A program made the translations under genes and the position numbers. From Podarcis melisellensis (Eukaryota): DNA of 64,000 nt. The stretch lies in the NCBI GenBank assembly GCA_964234715.1, contig OZ174277.1. The stretch is one strand, 5' to 3'. The notes beneath the pieces were generated by a model. That model made no database searches and was not told where the DNA came from. It saw only the letters and a list, made by a program, of their open reading frames with translations. Below are positions 1 through 12,294 of the stretch, piece by piece (position 1 is the stretch's first letter; the number at the start of each line of letters is the position of its first letter).

Positions 1-557
1 CTGATGCATTCCATTTATCACATTTATCGTCTGTCGGTCCCAAATCACCAGGCTTACATTCAGATTTCTGGGTATTGGTTGGTTGGCATCTGCCTCAATA
101 AATGAATGTGGTTCCATTTCTGTTTCCATCTCTTGTTTCTGTCTTCCCTGTGTATGTATGAGTTTATTTCTTTTGTTGTTATCATTACTCTTTATTGTAG
201 CCTTTAGATATCACAAAACTCAGCCTAATACATTTTTAAGAAAGGAAGATGAAGAAGCAAGAACACAAAAGGCCAGTCATAAGAATCAATATAGTAAAGG
301 GACAACAAAATTACAATCTTATTTAAGCAGGAATCTTTTCAATCGCTAGTGGAATAGAAAGAAAGAAGATGATAAATTAGCTCTCTTGGGGCAGGAGTTC
401 CAGAAACATACATGCAGGGTGCCATCCTTTTCTGTATTTCAGTTCAGGCCTTGGTTGTGTGTGGGGAAGCTCTTCAGGGTTCCACACAATGTTCTCGTGG
501 AGCCCTATCTGCTGATGCTGGGGATTAATCTGGGATCGTCTGAGCTACAACCATATA

Positions 558-958
558 CAATGGTACCTCGGTTTTCGAACGTCTCCATTGACGAACCAAA
601 ACCGTATACCATAAACCCAGAAGTAAATACTTTGGTTTTCAAACACACCTTGGAAGTTGAATGGCTTCCACTGAGCAGTGGTGTAGCGTGGGTTGTCAGC
701 ACCCGGGGCAAGGCAAGTAATTTGTGCCCCCTAACCCGTGGATTTGCGCCCCCTTACCCTAACCCCCAGATGTTGCGCCCGGTGCGGCCAGCCCCCCTGC
801 ACCCCCCACGCTACGCCACTGCCACTGAGTGTATATGTTATTTTTCTCAATTTTGTCTATTAAATTTGCAGACCACCCTTCACACCTCGGTTTTTGAACA
901 TTTTGGAACTCAAATGGTCTTCCAGAATGGATTACATTCGAAAACCTAGGTACCAGTG
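558..958. mobile_element. Tigger/pogo-like (Tc1/mariner) MITE, interrupted by a hAT MITE
   Basis: TIRs CAATGGTACCTCGGTTTTCGAA ... TTCGAAAACCTAGGTACCAGTG, flanked by TA (556-557, 959-960). Confidence 0.85.
676..821. mobile_element. hAT-type MITE (146 bp) nested in the Tigger-like MITE
   Basis: TIRs CAGTGGTGTAGCGTGGG / CCCACGCTACGCCACTG; perfect 8-bp TSD CCACTGAG at 668-675 and 822-829. Confidence 0.9.
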
Positions 959-1862
959 TATTAATAAGCAGCAAAGAGGTACCACTGTTCCCAGCCAATG
1001 AATGGGCCTGTAGCTTGCTGGTTAAACCATTGTTTCTGGGCTTTCCACCATTCTAAACCCTGCCCTACACTCTATGCTGCAGCTGGTCTTGCCTGGAACA
1101 AGGCCCTTCAGCAGGAGTCCAGCTAGGGCAGTGCTGCTGATGACATCAAGAAGCTTCTATAGGTGCTGGAACTCACCAAGAATGCCTCCTTTGTTCTCTT
1201 AGAATGGCAATGGCACCCACCTGAAAGGTGCTGGAACTGAGTTCTGGCAAGTTCCAGCTGAAAAAAAGCCCTGAATAGGATCATTCATAAAAAATAATAA
1301 GATGTACTGAAAAGATGGATGCAGTTTTAGGTGACGTCAGTACTTCCTGAAATCACAAAGGACCTACCAGAGATTCTCTAGTACATTTTCTGTCAGTATT
1401 GGTAGTGCTTTAGCCCATTTGATTTTCCGTGACTCAATAAATGAGTCACCCACCACTTCCTTTGCAAGTTAGTTATACTACAAGCAGAGAAAGAGGATGT
1501 TCTCTTGGGGCAATATCACTTTTTCATTTAAATTTATTCCCCCATTTTCAAGCCTTACCCACATACTCTGTGAATGGCATTTGTTTCCTTTCACAGCAGG
1601 AGTGGAAATTATGGAATACTGACAGAGTACTCTTTTCTATTTTATGGAGTATGTGTTCCTAGGCAAGAGATAGATCACTGTAATGCACTGTATGTTGGGC
1701 TACCTTTGTGCCTGGTTCAGAAGCTGCAGCTATTGCAAATGCTAGGGTGCTTCTTGAGACGTATGTCTTTACACATATTATGCCAGTGTTGTAAGATCTG
1801 CCTGGTGGCTTGTTAGCTGGGGAACCAAGTTCAATATTTTGTTCTTTTCATTTAAGTTCCAT

Positions 1863-2348
1863 TGTAAGGGGCTGGACTGAGGAGGAATGGTGGGGGCTGC
1901 TCCCCTTTCTCCTGAACTTTCCCAAGAATAGGAGGACAGTATAGATTTAGAATAGTGGTTTGCAGAAGGACATAGTTCAGAGGCTGCAGAGGGGAGAAGC
2001 TGGGAAATATTGGAAGAGGAACAGCAGGAAGAAGTTGTTCCAAGGGATAGACAGCTGACAGACTTAGTGTCCTTAGAAAGCATTCCTGACCCCCCCCCCA
2101 AGGACCAGGTGTGCATTGAGGGTAGAGCTCAGAGGCAGAAAGCTCAGATTAGCCAACGCAGGGGTGACATAGAATAGGGGAGACGTAGGGGGGTGGGACT
2201 TGACTTGGAGTAATGCCATTGTTTAGGGAAGACTGCATTCCTTTGTCGCTCTGTGCATTATTGAATAAATTGCTTGGTAAGAACTTTTACCATTGCTCTG
2301 CTTCTTGGCTGCCACCATGGGAGGGACCTGATTCTCTGAAGCCTGACA
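1863..2348 (+). mobile_element. Probable degenerate solo LTR (Gypsy-like)
   Basis: TGTAAGG...CCTGACA ends, about 490 bp, purine-rich interior, AATAAA near the 3' end. TSD poor (TCCAT/TCTCT). Confidence 0.5.
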
Positions 2349-2479
2349 TCTCTACAGCTTGGGACCAGGGCACATAGCACACAGCCTACTCTGGTACAGA
2401 CCAAGCTGGTCTTTAATATCTTCTGAGGAGACCCTGCTGGTCCTTCCATGACCACTGGAATGCCATCTTGTGACGACAT

Positions 2480-2770
2480 AAAAGTGGGTCTTCTCAATGA
2501 TAGCACCCACCTTCTGGAATTCCTTCCTTTGGGTAATTTGTGATGTGGAGACTGTCATGGCCTTTAAACACCTGTTAAAAACAGCTTTCTGGCTCTTTAA
2601 GTATGTACACAGCCCAGTTTTATTTACATTGATGTTTTGGTTTTTAACCTGTTTTTAGGAAATGTTACTGAATGCTGCTGCTGTATTTTTATTGCAGTTT
2701 TTTTAAATGTAAGCTTCTTAGAGATTTTTAAAAATGATATTAAGTGGTATATCTGAAAATAAATAAAAAA
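2480..2770 (+). mobile_element. Degraded L2-like LINE 3' end
   Basis: 'ttctcaatgatagcacccaccttctggaattccttcct' resembles L2 RT C-terminal sequence, followed by a T-rich 3'UTR and AATAAA/A-rich tail. Boundaries approximate. Confidence 0.45.
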
Positions 2771-2867
2771 AATCTGAACACCCGGAACAGATTTTTAATG
2801 AACTTTGTTGAATAGTACAAAAAAGTTAAATGCAAGCTCAGAAGTTTTTTTTTTTATTTCATTGGAA

Positions 2868-3428
2868 AATAGGAAGCTGCCTTCTACTGAGTCAGAGTAT
2901 TGGTTTGTGTAGCTTAATATTGGATACATGGAGTAGCAGTGGCTCCTCAGGGTCTTCCTCAGCAACACTTGGAGATGTCAGGAATTGAACCTGCTATCTT
3001 TCAGGTACGCGGGTGGCGCTGTGGTCTAAACCACTGAGCCTCTTTGGCTTGCCACTCAGAAGGTTGGTGGTTTGAATCCCCGCAATGGGGTGAGCTCCCG
3101 TTGCTCTGTCCCAGCTCCTGTCAACCTAGCAGTTCAAAAGCACGCCAAAAAGAGTGCAAGTAGGTAAACAGGTACCACTCCGGTGGGAAGGTAAATGGCA
3201 TTTCTGTGTGCTGCTCTGGTTTCACCGGAAGCAGCTTAGTCATGCAGGCCACATGACCCAGAAAAACTGTCTGCGGGCAAACGTTGGCTCCTTGGCCTGT
3301 AAAGTGAGATGAGCGCCGCAACCTCAGAGTCATCTGCGACTGGACGTAACTGTCAAGGATCCTTTACCTTTACCTTTTTTTAAACCTTTCATGCAAAGCA
3401 GAGACTTTGCCACTGAGCTGCAGCCATT
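2868..3428 (-). mobile_element. tRNA-derived squamate SINE (Squam3-like), interrupted by a Sauria SINE
   Basis: Reverse complement of the SINE at 5232-5430. The halves 'ggagatgtcaggaattgaacctg' and 'catgcaaagcagagactttgccactgagctgcagcc' join across the insertion. Confidence 0.65.
3004..3377 (+). mobile_element. Sauria SINE, full length
   Basis: 5' GGTACGCGGGTGGCGCTGTGGTCTAAACC tRNA-like head with A/B boxes, Sauria body, (CCTTTA)n tail. Confidence 0.9.
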
Positions 3429-4079
3429 CCATCCCCTGGTGACTAAAAAACCCATTGTATTGTCTCAAAAAGTGCAAATTTAGTAAGTTCACCTTCAAAT
3501 GCAAATGGAATGGAGTCTCTCCCTTATCTGTATGTTCAGATCCAAAGAAAACAGCTTAGCTAGAAGAAAGCGATTTGTTTTCAGTTGATTCAAATAACTG
3601 CTAATCACCAAATAAGTTTTCCTTAGGTGCTTACACATCATATTTTTTTATGATTGTAATTTGTTCCACCAAAGGGCAATCTGCCTTTGTTAATTTGTGA
3701 CATCATTTAATTCCAATAGTTTGGAATGGTAGTTTCTGAAGCGCAATATTGAACTACATGCATCATCATTCACTATTCTTTAGGTGAGCATGAGTGTCTG
3801 TAAACATCTGGTTCAAACTGTACTGAAATGCTGTCATTTTGATTTGATTAAAACTTCAAAATTATTAGCTGAGGACAACGCAGCGTGCATAGGCTTGCAT
3901 TTTCTGGATTGTTGGCCGAATCACTTCAGTTGCTATGAAAAATATACTGCTGAGAGATGGTGGGGGAAATATTGGAAAAAAGAGGGTTAATAGAATCAGA
4001 GGTTGCCTTGGTAGTCCTGGCAAAGTTGTTAAGTACCACCGCTAATTTACCAGCAGTAAATTATCTGCTGATGGTTCTC

Positions 4080-4350
4080 AGTCTTGTTGTTGGCATTCAT
4101 CTGTCTCAAGAGACAATGGTGTCTGGGGGGGGGGGAGGGGATGAAGTCAAACTCCTGTCACCTCCCCAGGATGAAATCCTTGGCAGTGTGTATAGAGGCC
4201 CTGGGTTCTCAAGATGACAAGATGCCCTGTCAGCCTTGCTGATGTGGTCCAAAGGAAAGCAGAGCAATATGTTTGGACTCAGCTTGGCTGCAGGAGTTGC
4301 CAGAAGGAGACATACAAGTCATTTTAGGGAATCTGCTCCAGATTTGTGTA
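4080..4350 (+). mobile_element. Degraded fragment resembling an RTE-clade LINE 5'UTR
   Basis: 'gatgtggtccaaaggaaagcagagcaatatgtttgg...cagcttggctgcaggagttgcc' recalled as a lizard RTE 5' region. Not verified. Confidence 0.4.
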
Positions 4351-5231
4351 GGGTCGACAACAGTGGTTCTCAATAGCTGGCTCATAATGACTAGGGAGAT
4401 GAGTATTGTTTAAGCAAAATGGCATGCCTTTGTGTTCCCCTCCCTCTGTTTAGTCAGGTGAAGGGTGAAGACAAAAATGGGCTTCCCACTCCTTTCCTTC
4501 AGCACAACTTGCTGAGTGTGTTCTGGATCCGACCCATAAACTCTACACTAACCCTTTTCAATCATTCCAGTTAAAATAGCCAATAGTTCAATAAGGCCAT
4601 TTGTTTCTAAAATACAGCAGGTAGTTAAATCTCTAATTTGTTTTCTTTGCCATAAGCTTCTGCGTTCCATGAATTGACTTGGCGTCAGCAAACATTTTAA
4701 TAGTGTCATAATAAAAGTAACAGGGTTATAACTATCCTTACTAATAGAAAATCATCCGCTGTATCATTTGCAAACCCAGGGCTGTTTGATAATGTGATTA
4801 TATCTAATTAAGATACTGTGGCTCGTGCACCAGAAACGTAACTATTCCAGCATACGCTGCAAGAGATAATGAGACTATTCCCTGTCAATTGTTTCAGTTA
4901 ACTGCCACATTGTTAATGAATGCCATTGTGTGTACACGTTGGTCCCATATGTGTCTCACCATTGTCCAATCATTTTTGACGTACCTCTTTGCAAGTACTG
5001 CTCTGGCAAGGTCAGTAATGAGGTGGTACATCATCCTAACTAGCCACAAATGACTAATTAACGGAAGGACTTCGATAATTCAATCACTGTCCACTTCATG
5101 CATCTAATGAAGAAGATTCTTCCCACACACAAACTTATGCCCTAATAAGCCAGCTAGGGTCACCTAGATGAGACGTTCTTCCTGTTGTTTGGCCTGCTGT
5201 GGTGGCGGTTTGGGCTGTGTAGCACAGCACA

Positions 5232-5430
5232 GGGATTGGATATAGCTCAGTGGTAGACAATATGTTTGCTTGCAGAAAAAAAATCCACATTCAACCCCCA
5301 GGATTTCCGGGTAGGCTTGAGAAGACCTCTATCTGAAATCCCGGAGAACTGTTCCCATTCAGTGTGGACAACACTGAACTGGAGGTATCAATGGTCTGAC
5401 TCTTGGATAATACAGCTTCCTATGTTCCTA
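5232..5430 (+). mobile_element. tRNA-derived squamate SINE (Squam3-like)
   Basis: A-box 'tagctcagtggtaga', degenerate B-box, tail 'cttcctatgttccta'. Confidence 0.7.
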
Positions 5431-5979
5431 AACAAGGAGCCTGTGTGGCTGAGTAGGGGAGCTAGACTGGGCTTTTGGGGAGGAGGCTTATAATCTGTTG
5501 TTTTGGGTCTACTGTTCATAAATGGGAGGAAAACTCCTGCTAGCTATTTGTTCAAACACCAACCATTTAAGCCCAGACAATATGAATAAGGACAGGTCTA
5601 GTTTGCTCTTAGATGGCAGGGATGTGAAACCTTGTTGGTCTACAGCTCCCATCATTGAGCTGGACTCCAGCCACATTTGGAAGGCCAGACATTCCCCATC
5701 CCTGCTCCAATGTGATGTGGCACCTCTTAAACTGGGGCACCTCTTAATCCATGAGGCAGGCAGCTATATGTAGTTGGTCAGATCTGTGTGCTGTTCAGAG
5801 GCACTAGAGTAGGTGACGGCAGGAATGTATTTTTAAAATAATTTTCTTTATAATTTTTTGACAAATAAACAATTCCATGACATTTCAAATTTAGCAATCC
5901 ATCATTCCACCCACCACTTCCCCTCCCTCCCTCCATTCTTCCCTCAAAATCTCAATTTATGCTGTATATTATAGTTACT

Positions 5980-6613
5980 GTTGTCTTTGTCCATGAAGTT
6001 TTCTTGGCAGGGATACTGGAGTGGCTTGCCGGTTCCTGCTCCAGGTGGATCACGTTTGGTCAAAACTCTCCACTATGACCTGTCCATCTTGGGTGGCCCT
6101 GCATGGCATAGCTCATAGCTTCTCTGAGTTATTCAAGCCCCTTCGTCACGGCAAGGCAGTGATCCATGAAGGGGTACTTTTCCCAGTAGTGATGTATGGA
6201 AGTGAGAGCTGGACCATAAAGAAGGCTGATCGCCGAAGAATTGATGCTTTTGAATTATGGTGCTGGAGGAGACTCTTGAGAGTCCATTGGACTGCAAGAA
6301 GATCAAACCTATCCATTCTTAAGGAAATCAGCCCTGAGAGCTCACTGGAAGGACAGATCGTGAAGCTGAGGCTCCAATACTTTGGCCACCTCATGAGAAG
6401 AGAAGACTCCCTGGAAAAGACCCTGATGTTGGGAAAGATGGAGGGCACAAGGAGAAGGGGACGACAGAGGGCAAGATGGTTGGACAGTGTTCTCGAAGCT
6501 ACAAACATGAGTCTGACCAAACTGCGGGAGGCAGTGGAAGACAGGAGTGCCTGGCGTGTTCTGGTCCATGGGGTCACGAAGAGTCGGACACGACTAAACG
6601 ACTAAACAACAAC
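5980..6613 (+). mobile_element. BovB (RTE) LINE insertion: inverted 5' end (5980-6174) joined to sense 3' end (about 6178-6613)
   Basis: 12-bp TSD ATTATAGTTACT (5968-5979, 6614-6625). The 3' part encodes the BovB RT C-terminus (FPVVMYGSESWTIKKADRRRIDAFELWCWRRLLRV...HGVTKSRTRLND*) and ends in (AAC)n. 5980-6174 reverse-complements to CCCCTTCATGGATCACTGCCTTG..., the BovB 5' terminus as I recall it. Confidence 0.88.
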
Positions 6614-7084
6614 ATTATAGTTACTCTATACCTTTTCAAGGAAAAGACAGCAGGAATGCTTTATTCAAGGGAACAATTTATTCTTCTGTGCAACCCCTGG
6701 TGAACTGGAGCTTCCCAAGAACTGGCATCTGTCTAACCAACCTCTGGGTTGTGAAGGTGTGGGAGGTAATGGGGTAACTTCATGGAGTCCTTCTTGAACT
6801 CTTTGGGGGAAGACATGGGGCAAATGCGATTGAACCATCTTGCCAGTAGGCTGCGATAGCCTTTTGGGCTGTTTTCTTTTGACAACATCCTTCTTTGTCT
6901 CTACCAATTCTCTTCTACTATCTCTGAGGAAACAATGGGGATGCCTAGGTTTCTTGCATGACTTTCTGACCCTAGGGGAAATTAACTGTCTGTGGGTTCC
7001 ATCCAATACAGGGTAGCACATTGAAATAATGTATTTAAGTTAGTAATAGCCATTAATTTCAGTGGCCTACTCTGAGCATGACAT

Positions 7085-7300
7085 GGAGAGCCAGTGTAGT
7101 GTAGTGGTTCAACTGTTGGACTAGGACCTGAGGACCAGGGTTCCAATTCCCACTTAGCCATAAGGCTCACCGGGTGACTTTGGGCCAGTCACTACATCTC
7201 AGTCTAATCTACCTCACAGGATCATTGTAGGGATTAAAGGAGGGGGACAATTGTGTACCACTTCGAACTCCTTGTAGAAAAAGGTGGGATATAAATGCTG
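7085..7300 (+). mobile_element. MIR/CORE-like tRNA SINE
   Basis: A-box 'tagtgtagtgg', B-box-like 'gggttccaattccc', core 'gggtgactttgggccagtcact...ctcagtctaatctacctcacagg'. Confidence 0.7.
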
Positions 7301-9542
7301 TAAACCAATCAATAGTTGGATAACAACCAGTGTCTACTTTATTTGGCTTAGACATGTCTTGGATATAGATTTTTTTGGAGTGCTTTTAATACTCAACAAA
7401 TGCTTATTTTCCATTCCATTGTTGAAACCTCAGTGAAATGAAAGGAAGATGAATCTTTTTCACTGAGTGCCTCAGAAACAGCAACCCCGGGGTGCACATC
7501 AAACTGTTTTTACATCAATACCAGCCTTTTTCTTCAAGCATTTTATTCAGACTCTTATTGAGTTTGTTTTTGCTTAACCTATAGGGGCTTGCTGAGTACA
7601 CAAATAATTTAACTGTACCAGCCCACAAATGCAATCATCTCCCCTAGTATGTCTGCTAAGTGAGAAGGAACATATGGAGCCTGAGAAGTTTTAAGTCACA
7701 ACAAATGTTATTAATTAATATTCTTTGAAGTATTCCAAGGTGTTTCTGTCTTCCCAACAAAGAAGATTTTGCCCCTGTTTGGATTGAGCAGGCATCTTTG
7801 TTTCAGATATCTTACATATATAAAACTCTCAAACTCTAGCTTGGCTTGCCAACAAACAAAGGAGAAGTGAAAAAGTGGGGTCTTCTAAGGACAGTTTCAA
7901 GATGTTTAACTAGACACCCAAATGATTTATAACAGTGATTAGCAGATCACACTGCTGTAGGCCAAGCAAGCTTATCCTAGCAAGTGAGATCTCTCAGCAT
8001 TGTCACCCAGGAGGGACTTGCCTGTATTTCCATGCCAGGTGATGCTTTATTGATTACAGGAGGGTTTTTGGGTTGTTTTTTAAGTATAAAAATGTACATC
8101 TCAGCTTGTAAGGAGTGATGGGTTGAACGTGTATTTGGAATTACATGTATTACATAGTCACGTATCATTTTAATCTTAACCAGCTTTACAGCTGTTGTGA
8201 AATAAGTCTACTCATCATAAAATAAGAATTGGCTAGAGTTTTCTATTGGGTGTACACCTAAGCAACAAACTACAGGTAAAACTGGCTGTCTGGCCGGACT
8301 TCCTGATATTTGATATGAAAGTCTCCTTTAGAAGAGAGGATGGGATGCAAAATTTAATTAAATAATAATGATTATTATCTTTATTGAAAAGCAACTGAAG
8401 AAAGCTCTAAACTGGATCTAAGCCGAGGGAAGCTGAGAGTTTAATAGTTTCTCCCTCATCACATACAGAAAACCGCTGTTAGTCTCACATTGCAGTGGGT
8501 AATACCAATACTAATAATAGAGGTATATTTTGTGTTTTCCTGTTCCATTTGTGAATGGATGCAAGGATAAACATGCAATAGTGCTAGGAATGTGTGCTCC
8601 AAATTTTGTTCAATACAGTTGCCATGATTGAAACAGACAGACAACTTAAATTGCTTTTCTTCAAAAACATAAATATAACTACATTGTAAGGTTTATCTGA
8701 TTAAACCATCAGCCTGCCTTTGGTCTGCTAATAAGAGTCAGATAAAAAAAAAATTAGTGCTTTATAAACAAGAGTGGCCTTCCTGATGTTGTTGGACTCC
8801 AAGGCCCATTAACCTTAATCAGCACAGCCAATGGTCAGGGTGGAAGAACTGCATTGGAAATTCAGAGAGGTGTGAATTTTGTGTATTGTTTTGGAAAGTG
8901 AGAATTAGTTATATTAACCATTAACTGCAAACTGAATTGAATTCTCCCATCCTTACTGGGAACTAAGGGTGCTGGCAACTATAGCTCTGGGAGGGATAAA
9001 CTACAGTTATGTGCTTTAAAGGTATGATGTGTCTCACATTTGGTAGGTATACTAGCCATTGTGAAAAGAATGCAAGTAAAAACGATTCATTTGCATTAAC
9101 CAGATGAAGCTGTCTATTACTTTAGCTGTATGAAACAGAGATACCAGATTAGTATGGGATGCAAGCTGTGGAAGAGTCTGGGATTACTTTCTCAGAAGTT
9201 GAACTAAGAGGTTATGTTTCACAGCTAAAACGAAAACAGATCACTTGCGTGCTCTTCAGCTGCTCCTTTGAAGCAATGAGAATTTGGTCAACAGAACAGA
9301 TTCATTGCTCATTTGCAGCCCAGTGGGCTGCCGTATCCAACAGAGAGTGTATTTCTGCTGCAGTCCTTCTTCTGGATGACAGATATAAGAAAGGGAGAAA
9401 AAGTACCTCTTCTAATGAGTTGATTGAGGCAGCTTGGACTGACATATCAGGGACATGAAGTTGCACACCTCCCCCCTCTCCCCAATGGTTTGTTTCTTTT
9501 TTAATGAAAAGTTCAAGACATAATCTTTACACAAAGGATAGA

Positions 9543-9589
9543 GAGAACAAACTCTAACACACTTACTGAGAACAAACTCTAACACACTT
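9543..9589. repeat. Tandem duplication, 25-bp period
   Basis: GAGAACAAACTCTAACACACTT twice (9543, 9568). Confidence 0.9.
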
Positions 9590-10837
9590 TAAGCCAGAAA
9601 ATTTTGCCACTGGTCTGGTCTCTAGAGCTCCCCAATTTTGTGTAAAACCTGGACTGGAGCTGCTCCAGACTCTAGTGAAGTGGAGCAGATAAAAAACAGA
9701 TCAGATTCCCTAACATTACAAGATGCAACCTCAGTGCCTGTGAGCATGAGTGCATTAATGGTGGCGGTGAAGAGGGCTGCTTAACCCTGACTCAAAATCT
9801 CTTTCCCAGCTTCTCTCCAATTCACAAGGGCAAAGATATATCCATCCACCAGCACATCTTTCCCCTGTTGGAAGAAAAGTACTGTGTGTGTGTTTGTGCA
9901 TGCACACGGGTGTGTACGTGTGTGTGCATCTGTGCATGAGAGAGACAGAGACAGAGCAAGCAGACAGCAAAGAGAGAAACAGTTCACCAGCCCTGGAATA
10001 CTTACGTCCAGAAGGGTATTTCTAGGAAGTCCTATTTCTATAAACCTATAATAAAGGTCAGAGGAAACAAATGTCTTCTAACATTTCTTGGAAAAAAGAA
10101 TGCATTGTGATGGGAAAGTTCTTATCAAATGGAGCTTCTGAATTAACCAGTTTGATTAATTTTAATTATTTGCCTTCAGGGACTTTTATTTCACTAGGAA
10201 CGATAATGAGCAATTAGAGTCTGATGAGATGAGTGTGTGGCTTTCTCAGCATTTTGCATTTAGCAGTGCCTTTCGCTTCCATTCCTTCCCCCCATTCTAA
10301 AATTGCAGGCCCAGCGGATTCAAAGACATTTGATCATAGCTCCAAAGAATGGGAGATTTGGGAGAAACTCAAAACTTTCCTGTAAAATGTTGCCAGGCCC
10401 AAGAGGGCCATAATGGTCACTATTAATATTCAGCATCCTCTGGGCCTTCCTGAATCTTTAATCTCACTCCACTGTAAATTGGTCTGGGCAATGCTGGAAA
10501 GCATTTTTTAAATACCCCCCTGACTTTCACACAGCCAGAGAAACTAGTCTTACGGTCAGATTTCTCATACAATATAGAATGTAATGCATCCTTAAGTCAC
10601 CAATAACTACTGAAATATTGCAGAGCAAAGCGGGAGATGATGTGTGGCACTGCAACTCGCTTGCAGCCTAAACAAACGCAGCTGAAGAAAGGAAAGATCT
10701 AAAATGTGTGGGCTGAAACAAAAGAAAAGAGACCCTTGGATTCCTGACAGATAAAAGAACACACATAGCTGTGTATGGGAAACTGAAGTTATAGTGGGAA
10801 AACCCTGTGTAAGTGGATGGTGAAGGAGATGCAGAAT

Positions 10838-10960
10838 CAATGGCTCTCCAGATATTGTTGGATTCAGCTCCCATCAACCCCAGCCAACATGGCCAATGGT
10901 CAGGAATGATGGGAGTTGTAGTCCAGTAATAGCTGGAGGGCTACAGGTTTACCCACCCCT
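10838..10960. mobile_element. Palindromic hAT-like MITE (about 130 bp); other copies near 5617-5704, 8775-8840, 19995-20095, 24558-24692, 34104-34220, 49715-49835, 51733-51873, 52112-52220
   Basis: Self-complementary core ctccagatattgttggattcagctcccatca...tgatgggagttgtagtccagtaatagctggag, recurring in diverged form across the window. Confidence 0.7.
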
Positions 10961-12156
10961 ACTGTATGATGAAAGTTGAGACAAAGCTATCATGGGGATT
11001 GGCAGCCATGTTTGCAGGAGGAGGGGTCAAAATAAAACATTGAAAGAGGGAACAAAGCCAAGATCTGTCAGCATGAGAGAGTTTGGTTTGGACAGATCTT
11101 GGGCTTTTCCAGCTGAGCTGAGGCTTGGCCAGGCCAACAGGGTGGCTGAGTCAGAAATATGAACAGTGTAATTTCCACAACCCAGCTCAGCTGGGGCTCT
11201 GTCAGCTCAGCCAGAGTAATTTCAGCCAGCACAATTTATATTGGTGTAAATCCCCTCAAAGGGGCATGGCGTAAGCAGGAGTTGGGGACATGGAGAGACA
11301 TAACCTCTTTCAAAACTTGTTCAACTTAAGTCACGTGGCTTAGGCCTCAACCTTCAAAACCCAGGCTCACACACACACACCAGCTCAGCCAGCAGTTGCC
11401 CCTCCCGAAAGCTCATGAACAGAGTTCAGAATAGGGTTTACAACGGTGTACATTACACCAGCATAAGTTACACTGGTTTCCTTTAGCTGGGGTTGCTCTG
11501 CTAAGAGTATGAGCGGTGTGCTCTGAGTAACCTTTCTCTCTTAATTCTGCAAAGCAGTACAGAAACATCAGGCCCACGTTTTGTACATATATTTCCTGAT
11601 ACGAAAGCTTTTTTTCCCTTTCCACCCAAGGAAGGCATAGAAAGGCTATTAGGGAGGTGGGAGGTGGGAGGGAGGGAGGCATCTATTGCCAGCATGTATT
11701 CCAGGCAGAGAGGAGCAATTTCTCAGGGCTGAATAGATTTTGCTGAGATTCAGTACAATATGATGGATGTGCATCAAGACTTTTGCCAATGTGCGTACGT
11801 GGAGATGCTGGGGAAATTGTGTGAGAATTGGAGAAAGTGAGCAGCAGGAACAGCTCACAGTGGGCCACCAGCAACGGCTGTTAATGAAGGGAACTCATGT
11901 TGGCACAACTCTGTCTATCACAACTGTAGCTGTAGAAGAAACTTTGGAAGAAAACACGGAATTGAACATACTTTTTTTGTTTTGGGGGGGACTTCAAAAA
12001 TGTTTTCTCTCTGGCTTCTAAGACAGAAATCTGAAGGCAAAAATAAATGGTTGACATTGTTTTGAGGGAATAGACACACCTCCATCAAAACTAAATCTGG
12101 AGGATGACCTCAGATTGATACGTAGACTACTGAACCCACAAAGAACCTATCCATTT

Positions 12157-12294
12157 CAGACCCTCCATGTGTCCCAGTTTTCCAGGAACAGTCCCCGGTT
12201 TACAGAAGCTATCCAGGTTTCTGATTTGACCATGGAATGTCCCTGTTTTCCTTAGGATGTCCCTATTTTCATCAGATAAATGTTGGAGGGTATG
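12157..12294. mobile_element. Short MITE
   Basis: TIRs CAGACCCTCCA ... TGGAGGGTATG with internal 'tgtccc...tttt' repeats. TSD not clear. Confidence 0.55.

Noticed and set aside
386-949. 187-aa ORF
   Set aside because: TTG start, runs across two nested MITEs, no recognisable domain.
3004-3085. tRNA-like heads here and at 5232 and 7085 as tRNA genes
   Set aside because: They are SINE heads with degenerate A/B boxes and continue into SINE bodies.
3765-3790. TTTAG|GTGAG as a recursive splice site
   Set aside because: Weak pyrimidine tract; expected by chance in 64 kb.
6021-6605. 194-aa ORF as a real gene
   Set aside because: GTG start; chance read-through from antisense BovB 5'UTR into the BovB RT C-terminus.
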